Below, piece by piece: positions 1-7,575 of a stretch of 64,000 nt of DNA; the first letter of the stretch is position 1, and every line of letters starts with the position of its first letter. The notes below the pieces were generated by a model. It made no database searches. It was not told the origin of the DNA and saw nothing but the letters and a program-made list of their open reading frames with translations. Made by a program: the position numbers and the translations under genes. Location: positions 2,576 to 66,575 of the forward strand of contig DATGGA010000025.1 in assembly GCA_035308765.1 (NCBI GenBank), written 5' to 3'. The stretch comes from Burkholderiales bacterium. Lineage in GTDB: Bacteria; Pseudomonadota; Gammaproteobacteria; Burkholderiales; SG8-39.

Positions 1-1339
1 GACCGCGCGGAACGCGGTGCGGCACCCCAGGCTCGGCGCCGTCCCGGTGCTCGCTTTCGAACTTGCGCAAGAGTGCGTCGCCGCGCTCGGCCGCCCGGTC
101 CAGCGCGAGCTTGGGCGGCACCTTCCCGTCCCATACGCCTTCGAGTTCCTCCTCGAGGATCGCCCGGATCTCCGGGAAGGGGCCGAGGCGGATGCCGCGC
201 GACTCGCGTGTCGGGTGGACCAGGAGCAACTGGCGGATCGCGATTTCGTAGCCCGGGTTGGCCTTGTAGAAGCCGCTCCGCTGCGTCTGCTCGTAAGCGG
301 CCTGGGTGACCGGTACGTAGCCGGTGCGCTGGTGCCATTCGGCCTGCACCTCGGGCCGCGTAAGCCAGGCGAGGAAGCGCGCGACGCCGCGGTACTCGGC
401 CGGTTTTTTCCCCGCCATAGTCCACAGCGCGGCGCCGCCGATCAGCGTGTGGCGCGGCGCGCCGCGGATGTCGTCGTAATACGGCAGCCGCGCGGCGCCG
501 AAATCGAATTTCGCTTCGCTGCGCAGGTCGGCATAGCTGGAGGATGCGGCCGTGACCATCGCGCACTCGCCGCGCGCGAAACGGCGCTCGCCTTCGAGGC
601 GCCGCCCGCTGTAGGTGAAGTAGCCGGCGACCGCCCAGGAGGCCAGGAACGACACGTGGCGCATCATCAGGTGAGAGTTGAAAACGAGCTTCGTGTCCAG
701 GCCGAGCATCCCGTTCTCGCGGGTCGCGAACTCCTGGTCGTGCCAGACGCTCATGTTCTCGACCTGAATCCAGGCGGGCCAGTCCGTGGTGAAGGCGCAG
801 CTCATGCCGGAATTGAGCAGCGCGCCCATCGCCTTGGGCATCTGGTACCAGGTGTCCGGCGCTTTTTCCGGATCGAGCCCTGCCTTGCGGAACGCGTCCT
901 TGTTGTAGAACAGGATCGGCGTCGAGATGTTGAACGGCAGCGCGAGCAGCTTGCCCGTGCCATCGCTGAAATAGCCCGCCACCGCCGGCAGGAAGCCCGG
1001 ATCCGCCTTTTCGCCGTACTCGGCCAGCACCTGCCAGACCGGGCGCACCGCGCTCTTCGCCGCCATCATGTGCCCGGTTCCGACTTCGTAGATCTGCACG
1101 ATGTCCGGGCCGTTGCCGGCGCGCTGCGCCGCCAGCGCGCCGATCATCACGTCCTCGTAGCTGCCCTTCAACTCCGGCACGACCCGGAAATCCTTCTGCG
1201 AATCGTTGAAGCGCTGCACCAGCGCGTCGAGTTCCTTGCCGAGCGCACCGCCCATCGAATGCCAGAAACTGATTTCCTGCTGCGCGGCGGCGGCGCCGCA
1301 GAACAACGCCAGGACCATCGAAACTAGGGTGCGCCGCAT
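1..1339 (-). CDS. ugpB: sn-glycerol-3-phosphate ABC transporter substrate-binding protein; C-terminal end runs off the left window edge
   Basis: Not in the ORF track because there is no stop inside the window. My reverse translation from the ATG at 1339-1337 gives MRRTLVSMVLALFCGAAAAQQEISFWHSMGGALGKELDALVQRFN...LPFNISTPILFYNKDAFRKAGLDPE...AEWHQRTGYVPVT. This is collinear with E. coli UgpB as I remember it. A signal peptide is present. The 17..1327 + ORF is its antisense shadow. Confidence 0.88.
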   Translation of the reverse strand, partial: MRRTLVSMVLALFCGAAAAQQEISFWHSMGGALGKELDALVQRFNDSQKDFRVVPELKGSYEDVMIGALAAQRAGNGPDIVQIYEVGTGHMMAAKSAVRPVWQVLAEYGEKADPGFLPAVAGYFSDGTGKLLALPFNISTPILFYNKDAFRKAGLDPEKAPDTWYQMPKAMGALLNSGMSCAFTTDWPAWIQVENMSVWHDQEFATRENGMLGLDTKLVFNSHLMMRHVSFLASWAVAGYFTYSGRRLEGERRFARGECAMVTAASSSYADLRSEAKFDFGAARLPYYDDIRGAPRHTLIGGAALWTMAGKKPAEYRGVARFLAWLTRPEVQAEWHQRTGYVPVTQAAYEQTQRSGFYKANPGYEIAIRQLLLVHPTRESRGIRLGPFPEIRAILEEELEGVWDGKVPPKLALDRAAERGDALLRKFESEHRDGAEPGVPHRVPRG

Positions 1340-1353
1340 AGGTCGCGGATTGT

Positions 1354-2757
1354 ATGATGCGATCCATGGCCGCGATGCACGAATTGAATGCGATTCAAGT
1401 TGCAGCGCAATATCAGGACGGCGCGCTGTCGCCGGTCGACGTCGCGCGGGCCTGCCTGGAGCACATCGCAGCCTGGGAGCCGAAGCTGAATGCGATGTAC
1501 CGCCTCAGCGCGGAGGCCATGGCCGAGGCCAGGGCCTCGGAAAACCGCTGGCGCGCGAAAAAACCACTGTCGCCGCTGGACGGCGTGCCGGTGACCATCA
1601 AGGAAAACCTCTATACCAGAGGCGATCCAGCGCCGATCGGCACGATGGCAAACGCCGAGGCACCGCCGCAAGCGGCAGATTCACCTCCGGCTTCAAGACT
1701 GCGCGAAGCCGGCTGCGTGATCCTCGGCAAAAGCACCATGCCCGATTTCGGCATGCTTTCTTCGGGCCTCTCTAGCATCCACGGCATCACGCGCAATCCC
1801 TGGCGGCTGGACAGGAACACTTCGGGATCCAGCTCTGGCGCCGGCGCCGCGGCCGCGGCCGGCTACGCGCCGCTGCACCTCGGCACCGACATCGGCGGCT
1901 CGGTGCGCCTGCCGGCGACGCATTGCGGCATCTTCGCGCTGAAGCCCAGCCTCGGCCGCGTGCCCACCTACCCGCCCTACATCGGCCGCGTCGCGGGCCC
2001 GATGACGCGCAGCGTGACCGACAGCGCCGCACTCATGAACCTGCTGTCGAAGCCCGACGCACGGGATTTCATGAGCCTGCCGTACCAACCGGAAAATTAC
2101 ACCGACCTCGACGGTCTCGATCTGAAGAAACTGCGCATCGGCTTCCTGCCCGACATGAAAGCCGGCCTGCCCGTAAACGCGGAAGTGGCCGCGGCCGCGG
2201 CAGCAGCGGCAAAATCCCTCGCCGCCGCGGGCGCGAAGGTGGAGGAAATGAAGTCCTTCCTCAGCGCGGAACTGCTCGACGGCATGTCGCGCTTCTTCGA
2301 GGCGCGCTCGTACAACGATTACATGCAGCTCCCGCCGGCGAAGCAGGCCAAGGTACTGCCCTTCATCGTCGAATGGTGTACGTGGCGCGCGAAAAATTTC
2401 ACCGGCCGCGACGTCATGGCTGCCTACAACAGCTATGTCGCCTTGCGCGAAGTGACGACACGGGCCTGCGAGCCCTACGATTTCGTGATCTCGCCCACCT
2501 CGCCGATCCTGCCTTACGAAGCTGAGCTGCCCGCTCCAGGCAACGACCCGCACAACGCGCTGCCGCACATCGCCTTCACCGTGCCCTACAACATGTCCGA
2601 GCAGCCTGCTGCTTCGCTCAACTGGACTTTCAGCAAGGATGGATTGCCGATCGGCATACAGATCATCGGCAGGCGATTCGATGACCTCGGCGTGCTGCGA
2701 TTGTCGCGGGCGCTAGAACAGATGCGCCCCGCGCGACTTCCCTGGCCGAGCATCTAG
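1354..2757 (+). CDS. amidase-signature family amidase (GatA-like)
   Basis: 467-aa ORF with the Gly/Ser-rich amidase signature GSSSGAGAAAAAGYAPLHLGTDIGGSVRLPA. The start could be one of the nearby in-frame ATGs (1354, 1357, 1366, 1375). Confidence 0.9.
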   Translation: MMRSMAAMHELNAIQVAAQYQDGALSPVDVARACLEHIAAWEPKLNAMYRLSAEAMAEARASENRWRAKKPLSPLDGVPVTIKENLYTRGDPAPIGTMANAEAPPQAADSPPASRLREAGCVILGKSTMPDFGMLSSGLSSIHGITRNPWRLDRNTSGSSSGAGAAAAAGYAPLHLGTDIGGSVRLPATHCGIFALKPSLGRVPTYPPYIGRVAGPMTRSVTDSAALMNLLSKPDARDFMSLPYQPENYTDLDGLDLKKLRIGFLPDMKAGLPVNAEVAAAAAAAAKSLAAAGAKVEEMKSFLSAELLDGMSRFFEARSYNDYMQLPPAKQAKVLPFIVEWCTWRAKNFTGRDVMAAYNSYVALREVTTRACEPYDFVISPTSPILPYEAELPAPGNDPHNALPHIAFTVPYNMSEQPAASLNWTFSKDGLPIGIQIIGRRFDDLGVLRLSRALEQMRPARLPWPSI

Positions 2758-2758
2758 C

Positions 2759-2793
2759 ATTGTCGTCCCCGCGAAGGCGGGGGCCCGGGTTTT
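2759..2793 (+). repeat. REP-like palindromic element, left copy (ATTGTCGTCCCCGCGAAGGCGGGGGCCCGGGTTTT)
   Basis: Contains the hairpin CCCCGC-GAAG-GCGGGG. It starts 2 nt after the amidase stop codon. It matches the reverse complement of 5310-5344 at 29/35 positions by hand alignment. Confidence 0.7.
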
Positions 2794-2805
2794 GGTCCTA
2801 ACGCT

Positions 2806-3003
2806 TCAGGCCGCGACCTGCTCGTAGTCCAGCGCGGGAAGATCGGCCCTGCGGTTGGCGTGCTCGACCGTGATGGCGCAAATGTGCCCGGCTTCGTCGA
2901 GGTCCACCTGCGTGTCCTCGTCAAGATCCTTCGTTTCCGCAACCGAAATCGGGCGGAACTCAATGTGGAGTGTGTCGGTGCCGAGGAAATATCTGATCTT
3001 CAT
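2806..3003 (-). CDS. DUF2283 domain-containing small protein
   Basis: 65 aa: MKIRYFLGTDTLHIEFRPISVAETKDLDEDTQVDLDEAGHICAITVEHA. This is the typical DUF2283 pattern (Y..e.D.l.i.f......e....v.vD.d..G.i.gieI). It lies 10 nt downstream of the DUF5131 gene on the same strand. Confidence 0.8.
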   Translation of the reverse strand: MKIRYFLGTDTLHIEFRPISVAETKDLDEDTQVDLDEAGHICAITVEHANRRADLPALDYEQVAA

Positions 3004-3013
3004 CGCTGCAACA

Positions 3014-3751
3014 CTATGCCGTCGCTACGCGTAAAGGTAGCACCTTGCGCGGCATTTCGTTGTAATAGGCCCCATTCAGCTTGCGTCCAGTCATATCTTT
3101 CCTGACACCGCCCCACTGTTTGAAAAAGAACGCTACCCCCGCGGCCCGGCACTGCTTCAGAATCGAAGTAACCCATTCACGCTTCATTGGCCGCGCACGC
3201 GGGCCAGACTCGCCACCGACGATCGCCCAATCGATTCCCTGCAGGGAAAGATCGTCCAAAGGCCCGATCAGCGGCTCAAGCGACAGGAAACGAACAGCGG
3301 CGGGCACGGAGCGAAGTCCATCGATCCGTGAAATCACCCGCGTGTCCTCAACGCTCACACCCATCCAGACGTTCTTCGGCCATACAAGCTGTTGCCCTAG
3401 GGCCGCAAGCCGGTCTGCACGCTTCGTTAGCACTTGAAACGTATGCTGCGGACAATCGCGCATCGTGTCGAACACACGAGCGATGTATTCATCCGGAATA
3501 TCCTCATGAAACAGATCGCTCATCGAATTCACGAAGACAACGCGAGGCTGCCGCCATTTGCGCGGAACATCGAGCAGATCTGGATGTAACGTCACCTTGA
3601 ATCCGTTCCGATAGCGCTCGCTCCCCATGGCGGTGAGCCGCTTCGCCATCCGCTCTGCGTAGCAATGCTTGCACCCTTGGCTGATCTTCGTGCAACCCGT
3701 GACCGGGTTCCACGTCATCTCAGTCCATTCAATATTCGATTTTGTCGACAT
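3014..3751 (-). CDS. DUF5131 / phage Gp37-Gp68 family three-Cys-motif protein (PF07505-like)
   Basis: 245 aa. The N-terminus IEWTEMTWNPVTGCTKISQGCKHCYAERMAKRL with C20-x6-C27-x2-C30 is the family hallmark. Later family-typical blocks are VFVNSMSDLFHE, FQVLTKR, FLSLEPLIGP and AIVGGESGP. Confidence 0.88.
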   Translation of the reverse strand: MSTKSNIEWTEMTWNPVTGCTKISQGCKHCYAERMAKRLTAMGSERYRNGFKVTLHPDLLDVPRKWRQPRVVFVNSMSDLFHEDIPDEYIARVFDTMRDCPQHTFQVLTKRADRLAALGQQLVWPKNVWMGVSVEDTRVISRIDGLRSVPAAVRFLSLEPLIGPLDDLSLQGIDWAIVGGESGPRARPMKREWVTSILKQCRAAGVAFFFKQWGGVRKDMTGRKLNGAYYNEMPRKVLPLRVATA

Positions 3752-3796
3752 GTTGTTTACCTCGCCCGTGCACGATAGCGCAGGCGCGCGCGATCC

Positions 3797-4606
3797 TCAA
3801 CCGAACAGCCGCCCCTGGGGCGTAACGTTCGCAATATCCGACCAGAGTTTGTGCGCAAGTTCGTGGCGAGCCACGAACACCAGCCAGTACAAGCCGGAAC
3901 TCTTGCTGTTTTCAACCACCTCCACCTTGTCGTTCGGCGAAGTGCCGAGCCCTTGAATGAGAGATTTCCAGTGCTCGAAGATCGCCAATCGGATAAGTTC
4001 CGGCCGCTCCTTCGTGTCAACCTTGTCGCGCCAGCCCGGCGCAAACAAGTCGAGCTGCTTCGGACCATCCGTCCTCAAGTAGTTGTGGAGATCACGTTTG
4101 AGATCCATGGCACTGACATGGATCAGAAGATCCATGCGCTTCACGCGCGCGAGCTTTTCAATCACGGCAAACGGCAGGTCTCCGAGGTTGTAGGGATCGA
4201 GGAGCGCTAGGTGCAAGCCACTCGGATCGAGCGTCCGGATCACTTGGTCCGCGGTTTCACTAGCGTCGCCGGGAAAGACCCTCACATTGGCCCCTAGCTT
4301 TGCTAGCCTGGTACGTACGGCCTCCGCATAGCCTGAATTAGCATCACCAAGCAGGAACTCCGTGAATTGATCACCGTGACGCCCGCCTGCCTCCCACGCA
4401 ACTAAGGGACTACCATCAACGACTTGGGCGGTCTCCCGGATTCGCGTCCGGCCAGCGCCGCAGTACAGGTCAATGTAAGTCCGGTGAGCAAACTTCCTGC
4501 GCGCGCCGTGCGCACTATCAACGTACTTGCGCAGACGCTCATGTTTGTCGAGTGTCCAAGCTCCCGCCTCGCCCATCGGCAGTCCGTCTGCATCGACTAA
4601 ATCCAT
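3797..4606 (-). CDS. tcmP: three-Cys-motif partner protein TcmP (TIGR04474-like)
   Basis: 269 aa: GAWTLDKHERLRKYVD...YIDLYCGAGRTRI...DGSPLVA...LLDPYNLGDLPF. It sits immediately upstream of a DUF5131 gene, which is the defining gene pairing. A GGAGG SD lies 6 nt upstream of the ATG. Confidence 0.8.
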   Translation of the reverse strand: MDLVDADGLPMGEAGAWTLDKHERLRKYVDSAHGARRKFAHRTYIDLYCGAGRTRIRETAQVVDGSPLVAWEAGGRHGDQFTEFLLGDANSGYAEAVRTRLAKLGANVRVFPGDASETADQVIRTLDPSGLHLALLDPYNLGDLPFAVIEKLARVKRMDLLIHVSAMDLKRDLHNYLRTDGPKQLDLFAPGWRDKVDTKERPELIRLAIFEHWKSLIQGLGTSPNDKVEVVENSKSSGLYWLVFVARHELAHKLWSDIANVTPQGRLFG

Positions 4607-4617
4607 TCGGCCTCCGT

Positions 4618-4637
4618 GGATGTGTTTATATACAGTA
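4618..4637 (-). promoter_or_regulatory. LexA (SOS) box-like site in the tcmP promoter region
   Basis: The minus strand reads TACTGTATATAAACACATCC versus the E. coli-type consensus TACTGTATATATATACAGTA, 15/20 by my count. The left half-site is perfect and the right half is ACAT instead of ACAG. It overlaps TATACT/TATATA -10-like hexamers about 20-35 nt upstream of the tcmP ATG. Confidence 0.3.
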
Positions 4638-4723
4638 TAGCGCCTTAACGCGCCAGCCTGTGTCTAGCTGACATACAGTCGCGCTGTTGCGCACCGGACC
4701 AATCGTCGGCACATTGACGACCT

Positions 4724-5128
4724 GTGAGCCAGCTTCTTATCCAGCAGTACCTCAACCAGCTCTCGACGCTGAAGAAAGTCTCGGGCTCGACGCGCGAAAG
4801 CGTAGTGCGCGAGGCGTTCAAGGACCTCCTTAAGGGCTGGGGCCGTTCGCATGACCTGACCTTTGTTCCCGAGTACGAGATCGAAACCAGGACTAGGGAG
4901 CGGCGCTACGTTGACGGCGCCCTGCTCTACGAATTGCGTGTCCCGTTTGGCTACTGGGAGGCAAAGGACGAGAAGGACGATCTTGAAGCCGAAATCGCAT
5001 ACAAATTCAAGCGCGGCTACCGATTAGCGGATTACAAGAAGAAGGTGATCGCTCTGCTCGCACGCGTAACGACGGTATCGGTCGAAACGCAGCGGATTGT
5101 GGAGGCAATGAAGAAGGCGCCGTGCTGA
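4724..5128 (+). pseudogene. remnant of a large type ISP/IIG-like restriction-modification enzyme (N-terminal module fused to a C-terminal tail)
   Basis: 134-aa GTG-start ORF. The first ~100 aa (SQLLIQQYLNQLSTLKKVSGSTRESVVREAFKDLLKGW...FGYWEAKDEKDDLEAEIAYKFKRGY) resemble the conserved N-terminus of >1000-aa RM helicase/methylase enzymes. No methylase, helicase or nuclease core follows. Recognition is from memory only. Confidence 0.5.
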
Positions 5129-5309
5129 TTCTCGGGGGCCAATTCCGCAGCGATTTTATTGGCAGGAATGGCCGCTATTCATGCCAATAGAATTAGATTC
5201 TCCTTTAAATTCAAAAGACTATTCGTGCCAAAAGATTGGCGCGATTCCCGAAACACCCTCAAATCTCGATCTGTTCCGGCGGCACGACAACGAGATTGGG
5301 TATTTGGGG

Positions 5310-5344
5310 AAAACCCGGATTCCCGCCTGCGCGGAAACGACAAT
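5310..5344 (-). repeat. REP-like palindromic element, right (degenerate, inverted) copy
   Basis: The reverse complement reads ATTGTCGTTTCCGCGCAGGCGGGAATCCGGGTTTT. The plus strand contains ATTCCC-GCCTGCGC-GGAAAC. It matches 2759-2793 at 29/35 positions. Confidence 0.65.
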
Positions 5345-5373
5345 CTAATTCCGGGGGAACGGCAAAGTACCAC

Positions 5374-5982
5374 CTACGCAACCGGCTTCTCCCCGGCGAA
5401 TTTCCGCACGCTCTCCATGTGCGCCTCGTGCACGTGCTTCAGGATCGCGGGCCATTCTCCGTCCGGCACCTGCACTTCATTGGGGTCGGTGCCGGGCGAG
5501 GTCTGGGCGACGTTGCCGTAGAGCGCGGGCCATCGCTGATCGTATCCGCGCGAATTGCCGGCGTCCCAGTCGATCGCTTTCGTCGCGATGGGGACGAGCC
5601 GCTCGCGCCTGAAGTACTGGGACTCGACCAACGTCTTGGACATGAGCTGCCGGAGCGCAAGCATCGCCGCCGTCTGCGCCGTCTTGTCGCGGCAACGCAG
5701 CGCGTCGTAGACGGCGCGAAGGCGGCCGACGTGGTACCAGAAGATCGCCTGCTCGGCATGATCCTCGACGAGCGTATTCGCCAGCGCGTACAGCACCGGT
5801 GGCAGCACCGCCGTGGGCCGGCCCAGCACTTCGCTGATGGCGAGCCGCCGGTCGCTGCCGTAGGCGGGAGCGAGCCGGCTCATTTTCTCGTTCGCCGGGC
5901 CCAGGTCGATCGTGGCGTAGACGCCGCGGAATTTGACCGAGGCGTCTTTTCCGGGCGCCAGCTGCGCGAACGCGCGCGGCAT
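5374..5982 (-). CDS. hypothetical protein (possibly secreted; true start uncertain)
   Basis: 202-aa ORF with coding-like composition, co-oriented with and directly downstream of the M81 peptidase gene. I recognise no family. See the finding about the signal-peptide-like codons upstream of its ATG. Confidence 0.55.
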   Translation of the reverse strand: MPRAFAQLAPGKDASVKFRGVYATIDLGPANEKMSRLAPAYGSDRRLAISEVLGRPTAVLPPVLYALANTLVEDHAEQAIFWYHVGRLRAVYDALRCRDKTAQTAAMLALRQLMSKTLVESQYFRRERLVPIATKAIDWDAGNSRGYDQRWPALYGNVAQTSPGTDPNEVQVPDGEWPAILKHVHEAHMESVRKFAGEKPVA

Positions 5983-6030
5983 GAAGGCCAGCGTGGCGCA
6001 AAAAGTGACGAAGCGGCGGCGGAGAATGGG

Positions 6031-7527
6031 CTAGCCCCGGTACGCGGGCCCGAGCGGCCGCATGCGGACACCCTTGCGCAGCCGGGTCCACTTGAATTCG
6101 GTCGGATCGGCGAGCGCCGGGCCGGGCGACTTCACCACCAGAACCTCTTTCGAAATCGGCTCGAAGTCGGCGCGGAAATGGACCGAGCTCTTGAGCGCGA
6201 GGATGCGGCTGCGGCGCGGCTCGACGCCGAGGTGGCGGAACATTTCCTGGTCGCCGGCCTGGCACTTGCGCGTGGCGAGCGCGACGCGCACGCCGGGGGC
6301 GGCCTTGCTTCGGAGCAGCGCCATGTTGCCCAACTGCATGCGGAAGCCCTTGAACATCGGCCCGGTGCAGGTGAACTTGCCGTCGCCGAGCTGTTCGACC
6401 GTGAATTCGCCTTCGAGAGGGGAATCGCCGGGGATGTTCGAGCGTCCCCCCAATTTGAATATTGAAGTAAAACCCAAACCAATTTCGTGCGCCTTCCTGG
6501 CCGCCTCGCCGTCGATCAGCAGGCCGAGCACCGCGTCCTGCGCTTTCTGCTGGATCAGCGATTTCAGCAGCCCCGTGGTGTCGCCGTTGCCGCCTGCGCC
6601 GGGATTGTCCTGGGTGTCGGCCAGCACCACCGGCTTGCCGGGCTCGCCGCTGCTGCGCGCGCGCGCCACCGCCTCGTCTGGCAGGTGCAGGTCCATCGCG
6701 AAGTCTTTCTCGGCATCGGACACCAGGCCCCACAACCGATCCACCGCGGCAACGGTGTTTTTCTCGTCAGAACCGTAGCCGAACACCGCCATGCCGCATT
6801 CCGGGAAATCGGCCATCGGAAATCCCGGCGTGAAGGAAAGGGTGACGTCCTGGTCGCGTCCCAGGTCTTCGTAGATCGTCCTGCAGGGATCGATGAAGGA
6901 GCACTGCGAAGGCAGGCCCGTCAGGTAGTCCAGGGCGCGCCAGTGCTTCGCCGGCGGCCTGCCGGCGCGGATCATGCGGTCGAGCAGAACGGCGGCGCGC
7001 GCGCCGGTGTCGGCCATGTCAATGTGCGGATAGGTGCGGTAGGCGACCAGCGCGTCGCAGCGCTCGAACATCGCGTGCGTGAAATTGCAGTGCAGGTCGA
7101 GGCTGGCGGCGACCGGCACGCGCGGCCCCACCAGCGCGCGCACGCGGCGCAGGATCTCGCCTTCGCCGTCGTCGTGCGCCTCGGTGACCATCGCCCCGTG
7201 CAGGTCCAGGTACACGCCGTCGACCGGCAGCGCTTTTTTCAACCGGGCAACGAGTTCCCCGACGATGCGCTCGAAAGCGTCGGTGGTGACCTGCGCCGAG
7301 GGGCTCGCCGCGCCCCAGGCGGTAGCCACGAGTTGGTGCCCCTGGGCGCGCAGCGCCTGGATCGCACCGGCAGCGGGAATGTTGGCGCCCTCCACCGCAC
7401 CGAAAACGGGCTCGCCGTACTGCACGCCGGGCCAGCCGCCGCCCGCCTCGAAGGCCGCGTAATCGGCCCTGGACGGCGCAAAAGTATTGGTCTCGTGCTG
7501 CATGCCTCCGATTGCTATACGCGCCAT
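6031..7527 (-). CDS. M81 family metallopeptidase (MlrC-like)
   Basis: 498 aa. The N-terminus MARIAIGGMQHETNTFAP is the typical MlrC/M81 start, and the length fits. Confidence 0.85.
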   Translation of the reverse strand: MARIAIGGMQHETNTFAPSRADYAAFEAGGGWPGVQYGEPVFGAVEGANIPAAGAIQALRAQGHQLVATAWGAASPSAQVTTDAFERIVGELVARLKKALPVDGVYLDLHGAMVTEAHDDGEGEILRRVRALVGPRVPVAASLDLHCNFTHAMFERCDALVAYRTYPHIDMADTGARAAVLLDRMIRAGRPPAKHWRALDYLTGLPSQCSFIDPCRTIYEDLGRDQDVTLSFTPGFPMADFPECGMAVFGYGSDEKNTVAAVDRLWGLVSDAEKDFAMDLHLPDEAVARARSSGEPGKPVVLADTQDNPGAGGNGDTTGLLKSLIQQKAQDAVLGLLIDGEAARKAHEIGLGFTSIFKLGGRSNIPGDSPLEGEFTVEQLGDGKFTCTGPMFKGFRMQLGNMALLRSKAAPGVRVALATRKCQAGDQEMFRHLGVEPRRSRILALKSSVHFRADFEPISKEVLVVKSPGPALADPTEFKWTRLRKGVRMRPLGPAYRG

Positions 7528-7575
7528 TTCTCAGGGCCTCAAATTTTTCAATTCGGAAAAAAACAAGGATACGCC

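Noticed and set aside
17-1327. 436-aa + strand ORF covering the left end of the window
   Set aside because: It is Arg/Ala/Gly/Pro-rich with no recognisable motifs. The opposite strand in the same span encodes a clear UgpB homologue with a signal peptide. It is a typical high-GC antisense shadow ORF.
5157-5189. Inverted repeat TATTGGCA-N17-TGCCAATA downstream of the RM remnant
   Set aside because: It has an 8-bp AT-rich stem with a 17-nt loop and no U-tract. It is too weak to call as a terminator or binding site without further evidence.
5179-5373. 64-aa minus-strand ORF (…SFPRRRESGFSP…) in the cassette's right flank
   Set aside because: The peptide is the translation of the REP-like hairpin element. 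Such SFPRRRES-type ORFs are a known artefact of this repeat class. There is no SD or coding-like composition.
6031-6033. Stop-codon readthrough fusing the M81 peptidase to the downstream 202-aa ORF (same frame, single TAG)
   Set aside because: The residues right after the TAG look like an N-terminal export signal, which makes no sense in the middle of a fusion protein. A separate gene with a non-canonical or downstream start is more plausible.
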